Assembly (NCBI RefSeq): GCF_009914755.1
Contig: NC_060930.1
Length of the DNA stretch: 64,000 nt
DNA from: the human T2T-CHM13v2.0 reference genome, Homo sapiens
Strand: one strand, 5' to 3'
Shown: positions 1 through 14,526 of the stretch, in pieces
How positions within the stretch are numbered: the stretch's first letter is position 1
Layout: every line of letters starts with the position of its first letter
The notes under the pieces: generated by a model
Seen by the model: only the letters and a program-made list of their open reading frames with translations
The model's database searches: none
What the model was told of the DNA's origin: nothing
Program-made: the position numbers and the translations under genes

Positions 1-196
1 TGATACAGTGGACTTGGATTGGGGACTTGGATAAAGTGGGAGGTGGGTGAGGGATAAAAGACTACACATTGGGTACAGTGTACACTGCTTGGGTGATGGA
101 TGCACCAAAATCTCAGAAATCACCACTAATGAACTTATTCCTGTCATCAAACACCACCTGTCCCCCAAAAAACTACTGAAATAAAATAAAAATAAA
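1..196 (+). mobile_element. L1 3' end (L1PB/L1MA-type), truncated by window edge
   Basis: Typical 3' UTR (GGGATAAAAGACTACACATTGGGTACAGTGTACACTGC...ATCTCAGAAATCACCACT) ending in an A-rich tail. Confidence 0.85.
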
Positions 197-445
197 ACCC
201 ACTTTAGGTCCAGCTTCTTTCAATGAAGTCTTCCCTAATCACTCTAAATGAATTTGTTCTGAGCTTCTGAGGACTCATTCAGAGCATCTCTCTCTGAATT
301 TACCTAGTACAATGTTTATTCCTCCATTATTCTGCCTTGTATAAAGTTCTATGTAAAAGAGTTCTTTGAGAATTCAGCTTTAGGAGAAGGTGTGCATACC
401 TGTGTCTGTGGCACAGGTGGTAAGGTGACCAAATACTACATCTTT

Positions 446-730
446 TGGCCCCCTGTAGTTACGTATGATTGTGTGAATAGTCCTGGCCAATGAGCTTTAA
501 GCAGAAGTGACATATCTAGTCACTCTCTCCCCCTCCCACAGGCAACACAGAGGCCTAGGGTTGGAATGGTAATTTATAGGGTGGAGGTGACGTGATCCCC
601 CGAGTCACTACAGTGCATTGTCCTGGAGATCTGCTCGACCTGCAGCCTATTTATGGGATAAGAAACAAGCATTTGTGTGATGGGCCACTGAGATTTTGGG
701 CTAGCATGGCCTGGTCTATGATGATTAATG
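446..730 (+). mobile_element. Old MaLR LTR fragment (MLT1I/J/K-like)
   Basis: MLT1 motifs TCCTGGCCAATGAG..TAAGCAGAAGTGA and AAGCATTTGTGTG..GCCACTGAGATTTTGG; boundaries approximate. Confidence 0.6.
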
Positions 731-1029
731 ATGTACTTGCTTGACAGGGTTAACACAAATTATTCGGTGTGACTTGATTTTTTTATGTCGAGAATTATGT
801 CCTCCACTGTGCTTCACTTTTCATTTTGGATGCCAGGAAACTCAGAGTTTGAAACTCACATTTTGAATCTCTAGTTTAGAATCTATGGTCACCATCGTGT
901 TTTCCTTCTTATTATTTATGATCACATTTTTTTTTAATTTGGAATTTCCTAATTCCAACTTACCATCATATTATTTTGGGGGTTCTTCTTGTGAGCAGCT
1001 TCGTACTCTTCAGGATGAGATGTGGAATG

Positions 1030-2043
1030 CAGGCACACCTTGCTTTACGGAATTTCACTTTTTAATACCTCACAGATACTTCAATTTTTACAACTTGAAG
1101 GTTTGTGTTAACCCTGTCAAGCAAGTACATCAGTGTCATCTGTCCAACAGCATGTGCTCACTTTATGTATCTGTGTCACATTATGGTAATTCTTGCAATA
1201 TTTCATAACTTTTTCATTATTATATCTGTCATGGTGATCTGTGATTAGCTATCTTTGATGCTAATATTATAATTATTTTGGTGGCACCACAAACTGTGCC
1301 CATAAAAGACGGCAAACTTAATCAATAAACATGTGTTTTGACTGCCCCACTGACCAGCCATTCCCCCATCTCTCTCCCTCTCTTCAGCCCTCCCTATTCC
1401 CTGAGACACAACAATATTGAAATTAGCCAATTAATAACCCCACAATGGCCTCTAAGTGTTCAAGTGAAAGAAAGAGTTGCATGACTCACTTTAAATCAAA
1501 ACCTAGAAATGATTAAGCTTAGAGAGGAAGGCATGTCAAAAACCTAAACAGGTCCAAAGCTAGGCCTCTAGCACCAAACAGCCAAGGTGTGAATGCAGAG
1601 GAAAAATTCTTGAAGGAAATTAAAAGTGTTACTCCAGTGAGGCCACAAATGTTAAGAAAGTGAGGCAGCCATATTGCTAATATGGAGAAAGCTTTAGTGG
1701 TCAGAATAGAATATCAAACCAGCCACGACATTCTCTTAAGCCAAAGCCTATTCAGAGCAAGGCCTTCAACATAGCAGAAAGCCCCCCAACCAGCAAAAAC
1801 ATTACAACTTGCTGAAGGCTCAGATGAACATTAGCATTTTTTAGCAATAAAGCATTTTTAAATTAAGATATGTACATTTTTTAGACATAATGCTGTTGCA
1901 CACTGACTAGACTACCGTATAATGTGAACATAACTTTTACATGCACTGAGAAATGAAAAAAATTGTGTGACTCACTTTAATGAGATACTTGCTTTATTGC
2001 AATGGTCTGGAACTGAACTCACAATATCTCCAAGGTATGCCTG
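1030..2043 (+). mobile_element. Tigger1 DNA transposon, internally deleted
   Basis: Terminal inverted repeats CAGGCACACCT / AGGTATGCCTG followed by TA. The transposase start ATGGCCTCTAAGTGTTCAAGTGAAAG (MASKCSSERK) is at 1445, and most of the ORF is missing after ~1770. Confidence 0.9.
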
Positions 2044-2666
2044 TACACATGCATACAAACACACACAAGCATGCACACACTTATATGGAAATAATTAAGA
2101 CAGTTGTTTGTCTATGTGCTTGTCTTACTCTCAATATTAGACTGGAAGCTTCTGCTGGGAGGACTGAAACCCACCTATCTTTACATTTCTCACAGTTATT
2201 AACATAGTGCCTTTCCTAATAAATACTTCCTGAGTTAAATGAATTATGAGAAGGCTAAAGATGGTACAAAGACACCACTGAGAAAACAAGTGGGGCCAGT
2301 AGGGACTAAAATTCAGCCCACGCTCTGCCTTATGTCTAAGAAAAAAGGCCCCGTTTCATAATTTTATTACTGGAAGGGGGCATCTTTTTGGACTTTATTC
2401 ACTTAAAAGAGGCATCCTTTTATAACTTGTAGAACTAGCGGTGTTAGTTTCTACCCACTTAGTATACAAAAACACCTAACTACGAAATTTAAAAATAACA
2501 GCAAGAAGCATTGATGATGTATCAAGTAAAAGGATAAGTGGAAAAAAACACACCAGAATAAAGATATGGTTATTTAAAAGAGTAAGGTACCATGGAATAG
2601 ACAGGCCAAGTTTAAGATATTCTAAAATCATTTTGAGCTTGACCCTCATGAAGCTTCTCTGTTGCC

Positions 2667-2696
2667 GAGAGAGAGAGAGAAAGAGAGAGAGAGAGA
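2667..2696. repeat. (GA)n microsatellite
   Basis: Directly visible GA run with one interruption. Confidence 0.9.
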
Positions 2697-4959
2697 AATG
2701 TATACTTATACCTGAACTCAATGTCAAATGTCTGAAAAATCAATGGTATGTTGTTCAGGCAGATGATACACCAGAAAACTGATAACTGCCTCCACATGTT
2801 TAACGTATTAAGGTTTCTATTATTTAGTTCCATTAGAGATTGGCACCTTTTAAACCCATCCTCCCCACGTCCCCACCTCCCCTTCCATTTATGAGGAGCA
2901 CAGTGTTTTGCTGATGGCTTCTGGGAGGTGGCCAACGTAGGACAGCCTTACAGACATGTGGAATTCTCACAAAATTCAGAAATTTTTCATGTGGTGCGGG
3001 TGATGGTACTGCCCAGGACCCTCTAGCACTGTTGTCACCAGATCTCAGCACACATGAATAAAACTGGCTCAATGTGATTCTTGTTCGTACTATTCTGGAG
3101 GTATGCCCCCAACTCCATCAAAGTGGTTGAATGTGTGGTTAATTTGAAAATAAATTTGAAAATAATAAAAGTGACAAAAGAAAAAAAATTAAAGCATATC
3201 TAAGACTGCCAACTCACTTATCCAAGTCGTGAAATATATGTCAGCTGGAAAGAACATAGGGTCACTACTGAGCCACTCTATCTGATGTAATACTTAATGT
3301 CATTGCCACGTACCCCGAGCCATCTTTTCCTTCATTGACAATTGTTTCAATCTTGAGAATGACCTAGATAATACTTTACACAAACTTCAACAATGGCTAC
3401 TTTGTCTTTATACAACAATTCATTACTTTGCCAAAAGACAAGACATAAATAAAATTTTTATTAAAAACATGAAAATAAAATGGTTGTTGACAATCAACTT
3501 TGGTTTGTGGTTCTTGGTGAAGTTTACTTTAAAGTATACAGAAACTAATAAAATGATTCAGATTTAACTAAAAAGGATTAGAGAAAAGACTCCATCCTTT
3601 CCAACTGACATTTCTCTCCTCACATTCATGATGACTCTGCCCCTAAGAAAAAAGGAATATCACTCCGGGAACCCTCCATCAGATCCACATATCTGGGAGG
3701 ACACAGGTCACAATCCCTCAATCACAGCCCACAAGGGAAGATTTCAGTTCCTATTACTTCCCTGTGGGGCAGTGGCCACTAACAAACAAAATGCTTATTA
3801 TCATTTGCCAAGACCAGTGTGTTCCATGGCCACCTCTCCAGCCTTACCTCACACCCCTTCCACCTCCTTGTCTGTTTCCAGTTCTTCACATGTGCCCACC
3901 ATTTTCTTCCTTTAGGTCTTCATGCACTGAAGCAAGACCTCTCCACTGTTTCCTTCTGCATCACCTGCCCTTGCCTGGCTAGCATTATCTTGTCCTTCAG
4001 TCCTTGGTTTAAATGTTGCTTCCTTCAAAAAGATGTCTCTGGAGCCCCATCTATGTCAGTCACCCTGCTCCCCTACCCTTCTCCTCCACAGCACTCTGCC
4101 ATAACCCTCTTTTGTGCAAGCCCCTTGAGGGCGGGACAACCTCTGTCTTCCTCATTGCTACACCTCTAGAGCTCAGCTCAGTGCCTGGCCCTCAAATATT
4201 TGATGAGTGAGTAAATAAATGGATGTATGGGTGAGAGTCGGTGAGATGGAAAGGAAATTCAATGGCTCTCCCATTCCCATCACCCAGATCACAAAGTGAT
4301 AAAGAAAATTGACCAAGTGGAGAACATCATTTCCTGCATTTGACATGAACATCATCTCATAACATCTTCCTTTCTTATAACCTCCATGTTCAGAAAGAAG
4401 CCACAAGTGTATTCTTGGTATGCAACTGTCCAGATTACAATGTGAATTGCAAAGGGACAAGGTAAGCAAACTTAGTAAGTGAGATAAACAAGCACCAATT
4501 TGATCTTTGAAGAAGAAAGAAGACATGGGTTTGCTGAAGGGATCTGCTCCAATTGTCCACTCTTCATGTGAGCCCCCTAAGGTCCAGCCTTCTACCTTGG
4601 TAAGCACCAAGAGCTCAACACTGAGCAGTGTCTGCCCTGCTCAGTGCCACCCACACTTCCTCACTCCAGCTTCCTTGGCTCTCCCATCTCTTGGCTTTGG
4701 TCTCTGCCTCCTGCTGCTAGCTCAGAGCCACCATTATTTGAATCACCCACTTGAGGCTACTGTTCCACTAAAAGACTTCATCTCAATCCATGACCCTTGA
4801 TTACTGATGTCACTCACCCTTGATCTCATCACACTCATTTATATGGATTAAAGCCCCTCTTGCTATCAGCCCTAAACCTGCTGAAGCCACAAATGCCAGA
4901 TAGCCTCCTAACTGACCTGCCCAGGAAAGGGGATCAGATCCAAAATACTAGTGTATCCT

Positions 4960-5331
<372 letters not shown>

Positions 5332-6679
5332 TCAGACACTGGCTTCCCCCCAACTCTAAACCTGCTCATCCTCTTGGCTAAAAATATCACTGTCACTCAG
5401 CTTCCTAAGCAAGAAACATGGATTCATCCTTGGCTTCTCTTTCTCCCTAACAAATTAGCCTGTAAGACTGTTTCATTCCACCGATGAACCATTTCTGTCT
5501 CCTCCTCTACATCATATTTCCTATTTAGCACCCATTGTCTCCAACTAGACCACTGCAATCACTACCCAACTTGCACCCTCCTCCCTTCAGTCTCTCCTCC
5601 CTGCAACTGTCCTCTGTATTGTCATCCAAATTCACTTCCAAACTACATTAATAGCATGTTACTCCCCTGATCTAGAAGCTTCCATTACACCTGGCTGCAA
5701 AACACAGTGCAAATCCCTGAAGTGCAATGCCCTCCCAAACCAGCCCTAACCTATTCAACCACTTTCCTTCCTACCTACGTGTCATATACTCCAGTCACAC
5801 AAAACTCTTTGCTGGAGTCCTTTTATCTGCCTGGAATTCCTTTCTCTATCTCCTCTCCTCATCTTCTCAACCCCTCACACCATCACAAATTTCCCTATTG
5901 TTCAGGCCCCTTACTTTCTTTCCAACCCCTGTCAAGTTGGTCATTCATTCAAACAGTATTCACTGAACACCTACTGCAGATCCTCTCTGCCCTCCTGGTT
6001 CTTTACTGATGCTTCTCCAATAACACTTGGTGGGTTGTGTATATTGTCTTTGTTTTATACCTGTCTCTAGATTTAGTTCTATTAGGCACCGAGCATTTCT
6101 CATTTATCTCTAAAACCACAGCCCCTGAAGTGATGAACAATTGCATTTCTGATGAATATACTGATGAATTAATGTTCAATTTAATCTTTGATTCATTGAA
6201 ACTTTCCATTAGAAACTTAAGCCCTGGTATATGCTCATAGCAACATCTAATGATGGAGACCATTCCATTACTTATGTAGGACTTGAAAGATTGAACTCCT
6301 TTCCATCACCCCCTATTCTGACTTGCTGTTTGCATTTTCCTTTCTTGATTGCAGGCTGTAGGGGTTGTCTTGGACTCTTTTCTCCAACTCCCACTTTGGG
6401 CACATCTTTTAGACCACCCTTTCTTTCTACTCCATGGTCACTGCTATTCTCCAGGATTTCTTTCACTTATTTAAATCCAAGATGGTTGCAGTAACCTGTT
6501 TTCCCAAGCCTTTGGCTTACCTCCACTTTCATTAAGAGATGTCATACAGCCTCCAGAGTAATCCATTGATATGCAAATACCTCTTGTTCCTCCTCTGCTT
6601 AAAGTGTTTGATGGCTTTCTGTGATTTCAAGACAACATCCAATCTCCGTGACTTAGCATATAAGATATCCACCCATGAG

Positions 6680-7290
6680 ACAAATATGTAATAAGTGTCT
6701 TATATTTGTCAAGCACTATTATAGGAGCTAGAGATACAGCAATAAATGAAACATTCAAAACTTCTGTTCTAATGGAGAATATATTTTAGTGGGAGAGACA
6801 GATAGTAAACAAAATAAATTATGCAATATATTGAGAAAGCACAAGTGCTATGGAGAAAAATAGAATGAGGAAAATGGGTAGAAAGTGCTGTGAGGGAGAT
6901 GCACTATTAAGTGGAGGAGGACGCAGGGTGGGTCTCACTGAGAAGGTGGCATCTGAGCAAAGACTCAAGGAAGTGATGCAGGGATTCATGAGGATAGCTG
7001 AGGGAGGGGCAGTCCAGGCAGCAGGAACAGTAAGTCTGGAAGCCTAGAGGCAGAGCATGCCCAAGCATGCTGGAGAAAAAGCAGGTGGCCAGAATGCCTG
7101 GAGGGGCCTGAGTGAGGAGGAGAGGGAGAAGAGAGAGAAGAGGGCAGGGTGGAAATGGGGTAGACCATGCAAGGCCTCACAGAAAACTCTGAGTGGGGGG
7201 TTTTTAGCAAAGGAATAGAATCTGACTTCCATTTTACCAATTTTACCAGGACAGCTCTGACTGCCCTGTTGAGAACAAATTATAAGAGAA
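6680..7290 (-). mobile_element. L2 3' region
   Basis: Antisense L2 3' motifs (AGCACTATT..GGAGCTAGAGATACAGCA; CTCACTGAGAAGGTGGCATCTGAGCAAAGAC). Further L2 debris probably lies at ~5350-6160. Confidence 0.7.
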
Positions 7291-7720
7291 TGAAGGTGGA
7301 CTTGGCCCACCCTGCTAGTTCCGTCTCCCAACACTCCCTGCCCCCTCCTCCCCTAACACTCACAGCTGATGCTTTGATGATGTCCCTGACTGAAGTTCTT
7401 CATACTCCCCGTTTCATGCCCTGTACTCTTCCATGTAGCATCCTGGGCCTGCAGTAATTCTGTCCAACCTCCAGGCCCAACATGTGAGATCTCTGCTTAT
7501 TTTGCCAAACCTGGCTTAGAAGTTCCTCTTCCAGAAGACCGTCATGACCATACCTCCTCCCAAATAAGATTAATTTTGCATTTCTCTGGGCCACCTCTGA
7601 ACTCACTTGTCTGTGCTTCTATTTGTTGCTCTTATCTGTCTACACATTTGCCTTTTGTACTAGACTGATAAATTTCAGTTTTATTTGTGAGTGCCTGGCA
7701 CATCCTAAAGGCTTACTAGG

Positions 7721-7891
7721 TGTACTAGTCCATGTTCACCTTCCGTAAAGAACTGCCTGAGACTGGGTAATTTATAAAGAAAAGAGGTTTGATTTATTCA
7801 CAATTCCACATGGCTAGGGAGGCCTCCGTAAACTTACAATCATGGCAGAAGGGGAAGCAGGCACATCTTGCACGGCAGCAGGTGAGAGAGA

Positions 7892-7923
<32 letters not shown>

Positions 7924-10004
7924 CGGGGGAAGAGCCCCTCATAAAACCATCAGATTTTGTGAAAACTCACTGACTATCATGAGAATGGCATGGAGGAAAC
8001 TACCCCCATAATCCAATTACCTCCCACCAGATCCCTTCCTCGACACTTGGGGATTATGGTTCAAGATGAGATTTGGGTGGCGACATGCAGCCAAACCATA
8101 TCATTCTGCCCCTGGCCCTCCCAAATCTCATGTCCTCACATTTCAAAACATAATCATGCCTTCCCAACAGTCCCCTAAAGTATTAACTCATTTCAGCATT
8201 AACTCAAAAGCCCAAGTCTAAAGTCTCATATGAGACAAGGCAAATCCCTTCTGCCTATGAGCCTGTAAAATCAAAAACAAGTTAGTTACTTCCAAGATAG
8301 AGTGGAGGTACAGGCATTGGATAAATGCTCACATTCCAAATGGGAGAAATTGGCCAAAACAAAAGGATCACAGGCCCCACGCAAGTCCAAAATCCAGCAG
8401 GGCAGTCATTAAATCTTAAAGCTCTGAAATGGTCTCCTTTGATGCCATGTCTCACATCTAAGGCATGCTGATGCAAGGGATGAACTCTCATGGCCTTGGG
8501 CATCTCTGCCTCTGTGGCTTTGCAGTTTACAGCACCCCCAACACCTACTTTTATGGCTGGTCTTCAGTGTCTGTGGCTTTTTCAGGCACATGGTGCAAGC
8601 TGTCAGTGGATCTACCATTCTGGGGTCTGGAGGATCGTAGCCCTCTTCTCACAGCTCCACTAGGCAGTATCACAATGGGGACTCTGTGTGGGGGCTCCAA
8701 CCCTATATTTCCCTTCTGCACTGCCCTAGCAGTGGTTCTCCATGAGGGCTCCATGCCTGCAGCAGACTTCTGCCTGGGTATTCAAGCATTTCCATACATC
8801 CTCCAACATCTAGATGGGGGTTTCCAAGCCTCAGTTCTTGACTTTTGTGTACCCCCAGGCCAAACACCTCATGGAAGCCACCAAGGCTTGGGGCTTGCAT
8901 CCTCTGAAGCAATGGTCTGAGCTGTACCTTGGCACCTTTTAGCCACGACTGGTGCTGGAGCAGCTGGGACTCAGGGCATCAAGTCTTGAGGCTGCACAGA
9001 GCAACAGGATCCTGGGCTGGCCCATGAAACCATTTTTTCCTCCTAGGCCTCCAGGCCTGTGATGGGAGAGGCTGGTATAAAGATCTCTGACATATCCTGA
9101 AGACATTTTCCACATTGTCTCAGCAATTAATATGTTACTCTTTGTTATGTATGCAGATTTCTGCGGCTAGCTTGACTATCTCCCCAGAAAATGAGTTTTT
9201 CTTTTATACTACATGGCCAAGCTGAAATTTTTCCAAGCTTTTACTCTCTGTCACCTCTCGAACACTTTGCGGCTTAGAAATTTCTTCCACCAGATACCCT
9301 AAATCATCTCTCACATGTTCAAAGTTCCACAGATCTCTAGGGCAAAGGCAAAATGCCACCAGTCTCTTCGCTAAAGCATAGCAAGAGGGACATCTGCTCC
9401 AGTTCCTAATAAGTTCTTCATCTCCATCTGAGACCGCCTCAGCCTGGACTTCATTGTCCATATCACTATCAGCATTTTGGTCAAAACCATTCAACAAGTC
9501 TCTAGGAAGTTCTAAACTTGCCCACATTTTCCTGTCTTCTTTTGAGCCCTCCAAACTGTTCCAACCTCTGGCCACTAACTGGTTCCAAAGCTGCTTCCAC
9601 ATTTTCAGGCTATCTATAGAGCAATGTCCCATTCCTGGTACCAATTTCCTGTATTAGTCCCTTCTCACACTGCTACAAGGAACTGCCCAAGACGGGGTAA
9701 TTTATAAAGAAAAGAGATTTAATTGACTCATAGTTCTGCTGACTGGGGAGGTCTCAGGAAACTTACAATCATGGTGGAAGGGGAACTAGGCATGTCTTAC
9801 ATGACAGCAGGCAAGAGAGAGTGAAGGGGGTAGAGTCCCTTATAAAACCATCAGATCTCATGAGAACTCACTCACTAACATGAGAACGGCATGGGAAAAA
9901 CTGCCCTCATAATCTCATCACCACCTACCATATCCTTTCCCTGACACATGGGGATTACAGTCCAAGATGAGATTTGGGTAGGGACACAGAGCCAAACGGT
10001 ATCA
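7721..10004 (-). mobile_element. Complete MaLR provirus (THE1D/MSTA-like): LTR 7721-8103, internal 8104-9649, LTR 9650-10004
   Basis: Two related LTRs (TGTA..TAGTCC...ATCA) flank a ~1.55-kb internal region, with a perfect 5-bp TSD CTAGG (7716-7720 / 10005-10009). The minus-strand ORF 9204-9644 (RGWNSLEGSKEDRKMW..LELPRDLLNGFDQNADSD) is the typical MaLR internal remnant. A (GA)n run lies inside the left LTR. Confidence 0.93.
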
Positions 10005-11198
10005 CTAGGTATGTGTCAGATTAAGGATAAAAGAAAATAAAGCTAGATAGTAGGCCCCAGAGCTGGTCTGAGGGCCTGGGGTCATGAGTCCCAGTGATAT
10101 TGGTATCAGTTTTAGGTCTCTGGCTAATTTCAGGGAAAACTGTGAACAAGGTTATGTTGGCCTGGGGAGGTGTGGGTGGGGGTGGCACATGAGGAGTATG
10201 CTGAGGCTCAAGTGCTCTATCCCACACTATACTCCATGGTCTTGCTGCATTCTGTGAAACTGCAGTATCAATGTACCTGGCCTGGGTGAGGTGGTCTCTG
10301 ACATACCTGGACTAGCCTTAATGCAGAACCACTATTTGTATATAAGGCTTGGATTAGGGGTGAATTGAAGTTCTTCAAGTCTAATATGACTCTCATTTGC
10401 TCAGAATGTATCGTCCATAACTATGTATTCCTCCTGAGAGAAGGTTTGAGAAGCCTTTGGGCTTCACATCTACACTGAATTTCTTCTATATCTTAGAAGA
10501 TTAAGAAGTCAGGTAAACTTTGTTTGATTTGCCTGGATGCTGTCTGTCTCAAGCTTTTCCACTAATCCAAATTTGGGATCAATATTTGTCACTATAGTGG
10601 CCACATGACTGAAAAGATGGAGAGAGATGAAACTTATGCTTGTGAGTAGATGGTGCTGAGTGCCTTCAACAGTGAACAGACATTCAGAGGACATTTGAAA
10701 TTGTACTTGCCTTGGTACTTAGTAGGCCAAAAAGCTGAATTTAGGGAAGCCATGAGCCAAGAATCTCTTTGTTCTGATTCTGTGCCAGGCAGCATGGCCT
10801 TTGTCTGGAATCTGTATGCATTCCAGGGAGAGACTACACTTTCCACACCAGGCAGAGTCTGCTCAGAGACCCCCAACATGTGCCCTGCTCAATTCAGGTG
10901 GTGATTGTGCTCCCAGGGTTTCCCTGATCTACAAAACCTCTCTTCCTTCTTATGATCTATCTGAATATCCTAATCCTCTGTCAAAACCAGTGGAACTTCC
11001 AACTCCCCCATGTACTCTCTGATGCAAATGAAAGACGCACCAGGCCCTATCTAAAGAAGTTAGGTCAACACTCAAAGAAACCAGAAGAATCACACACTTA
11101 CCTGAATTATTCAACCACTAGTGCCTGTGCTAGTAGTTGAACCTTCTTCTCTAACCTTCCCTAAGCTTCTTCTCTAACCTTCTATGGTACATATAAAC

Positions 11199-11300
11199 CA
11201 GTGGTTCTGTGTGCCTGGATTCAGAAGTGATGAATCAGCAATCTGGGTTTAAAAAGCCCTCAAGGTCATTCTCATGCACACTAAGGTTCAAGCATCCCTG
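11199..11300. mobile_element. MER5A-like hAT fragment
   Basis: CAGTGGTTCT terminus plus GAATCAG.AATCTG and AAGCCCTCAAGGTCATTCTCATGCACACTAAGGTT motifs. Confidence 0.6.
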
Positions 11301-11472
11301 ATAAAGATGATAATAGACAGTGCAATATTCAATGATTTTCTGAATCACTTTGTGGATTCTATCTTTCTTCTCCATTATTCTATATATATTCTCCATTATC
11401 TATAGGTATAAGGGTAACACCTTATACCTCAACAAGCACATATCAGGCACTAAAATGTTTTAAGAAGATCAA

Positions 11473-11800
<328 letters not shown>

Positions 11801-14233
11801 AAGAAGATCAAGCACATATTAGGCACTAAAATGTATTTTATTGAGTTGATGAAACACCCCCTGGCAATACTTTTTCTGAATCCCTGCTACACCTTACATG
11901 AGCTAGGCATAGACTAAATCTTGCTTCTGTTGTATGCCCTAAAATGAGATCCTGCTGCTAAAAAAGAAATTGGCCCCCTCAAAGCAAATTGACTGACCTC
12001 TAATAGACACCTGCAATACACTGCCTCTCATAAGCAAGTAATTTTCAAGGAGTCAGGAAAAAAGGACTGAATGGCCAGATTGCCACATGGCTGAGAACAG
12101 CAGTGCCCTAATGGAAGCCACATAGCCTGCCTCCCAGAAGAGGAAGCAGGGAAATGGTCTTGGGTCGTGGCTGGGTAGGAGGGGGAAAGGCTTGGTGAGG
12201 GGAAACTGGTATGTTTTTATGTCATTGGGTAAAGAAAAGTTCATGTCATACTCCTAGTGATTCCTGTAAATAAAGATAAAAGTAGAGGCAGGATATTATC
12301 AAGTTTTAATACAGCTGCTGGAGCTTGTTACTCAGGGCTCAATCAACAGAGCTCAGAAACAGCTGGCTTTAAAGGTGAAAGCCAGATTAGGGTACCCAAA
12401 GGTGTTGATGTTAATGTGACTAAAGCCACATGTTTCATTAAACCTCTTCCAGCCTCACCCTCTCTGATGGTTACAGCAAGACCTTGTCATGAAAACCCTC
12501 CCAGGTGTGAAGAACTCAAACAAAAAGAAAGTTGACCCAGATCTGGTAGATTATATGAGGTTTAGAAGCTAGATTTGAAAGGTGCCCAAAGGAGGAAAAT
12601 TGATTTACTCTTTTTTGAAGAAGAGAGGATGTAGGACAGCACACATCTATAAAGACCACGTTATAGCTATCCAACTTAGGCACACAAACACATGCACATG
12701 CACAAACACACGTGTAATTACACGCACATATGCAAATTCACTGGAACCCTTTTTCCCTTTAAATCCCAGACTGCTAGGATATTATCTAGTTGTTAAATAT
12801 TGATTCTCTTTGCACCTTTGTTAATTCTCTAGGATCAAATTTCCTTATGTATTCTTGGCCTTTTAATTTTATAGAGTGGGACGTTCCATAAAAAGAGAAT
12901 GTGTAAAAATTATGATCTGTCTTTCATTTTTCAAGTGGGAATTATGGAATTTATGCTCATCCATCCATAGTATCTTACCCTGGAGCTCATGTCTGTTCTG
13001 CAAAATGATGGCTAATGTTCACGGGAGCGGTGAGGGTGTCCGTGGACTGCACAGCCCTGGATGAGGATTCCAAGGTGAAGGAAACTGTTCTCATTCTCAA
13101 GGAGCTTGGAGTCTAGAGCTAGGGCAAGCAAGTCTACATTAATCATAGGGTATGCTGCAAAGTAAACACAGGGTGGCATATACACAGACACAGGCACATG
13201 AAAGACCATGGCAAGAGGAAGCTTCTGACAAAAGGATAAGCAAATATCATCATGCAAAAACACCATCTAAGTAGGCACGTAGAACTGATGTTAGAGGGAA
13301 GTCTGGAATGCCCAGGAGAGGAATTAGAAGCTAGTTTGGACAAGGAATGGTGAAGATAGAAGAAATAGAGGAGGGAAATTTATGGAAGCCTCATCAGCGG
13401 GGCTGCAGGGCCTGTTGCATGTTGGCGCGAGAAAGAGGGACTTCTAGAATGACCCTCAGCTTTCTGGAACTGGAGTCCTTTGCCACCTTCCCATGTAGTG
13501 AGAGAAAAATGTGTAGCTAAGTAGGTAAGCACAGAGGGAGTTATACGAAAAGGGGTAGGAAAGTGTGGCCCCTGGCACAGTCTTCCCCTGTTCAGCCTTA
13601 TCCTAAAGTCTCTACCTGCCAACAAGAATGTGCTCATTCGCTGACCTCCTGCAGATGCCAAGGTCACACTCCACCTTTCTCCTTTTTTTGTCTAGAAAAG
13701 TTTGTGTCTAGCTTCAGGGACTGGTAGAAAATGTGAATTATTTGATTTCCAGCCCAGCAGATGGGTTTTCCACACCCAACTTCGGCAATAGATAAATTTG
13801 TGTTGCTCACAGTATTTCAGGGTGGCTGATGAGATAAGAAAGGCTTATAGTTTGTGGTACTTCAACCATTATTGCTTATGTTTATGTTGCTCAAGCTAAT
13901 GTTGGGTCACTGGTAGGAAGCTTTACTTATAAATTATTTTTTCCAAATTTTCCAAAACCTGTTTCTTAAAGTTCACCTACTTGGGACATGCTAATGTTCT
14001 TGATATTCTATAGATATGGTTACAAGCATGAGAAACCAGCTTACTTGCCAATGTTCAGTTAGGCAGGTGGTGTCTGACCCAGGATCAGTCTTCAGATGTA
14101 CAGTCTGCAACAGTGAACTTCATTTCTGTGACTGAACAGAAAAGTACAGTCAAGTATTGATGTGCAAAACTTAAGAGAAAAATAAAATATTGGGGGGGAA
14201 TCTTAAGAATGGATGATATTGATCAGTTTCTGA

Positions 14234-14526
14234 TTTTTTTTTTTTGAGATGGAGTCTTGCTCTGTTGCCCAGGCTGGAATGCAGTGGCACTATCTCGGGC
14301 TCACTGCAAGCTCCACCTCCCGGGTTCACACCATTCTCCTGCCTCAGTCTCCTGAGTAGCTGGGACTACAGGCGCCTGCCACCACACTTGGCTAATTTTT
14401 TATAGTTTTAGTAGAGATGGGGTTTCACCGTGCTAACCAGGATGGTCTCGATCTCCTGACCTCGTGATCCGCCCCCCTCGGCCTCCCAAAGTGCTGGAAT
14501 TACAGGCGTGAGCCACTGCGCCCGGC
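14234..14526 (-). mobile_element. AluY
   Basis: Antisense Alu with CCATTCTCCTGCC and CAGGATGGTCTCGATCTCC; TSD TGATCAGTTTCTGATTTT on both sides. Confidence 0.93.

Noticed and set aside
1445-1770. TIGD1-like transposase gene
   Set aside because: It is a frameshifted N-terminal remnant in an internally deleted Tigger1.
3314-3363. Minus-strand mini-exon candidate (VILKIETIVNEGKDGSG)
   Set aside because: Weak polypyrimidine tract and modest donor; peptide not recognised.
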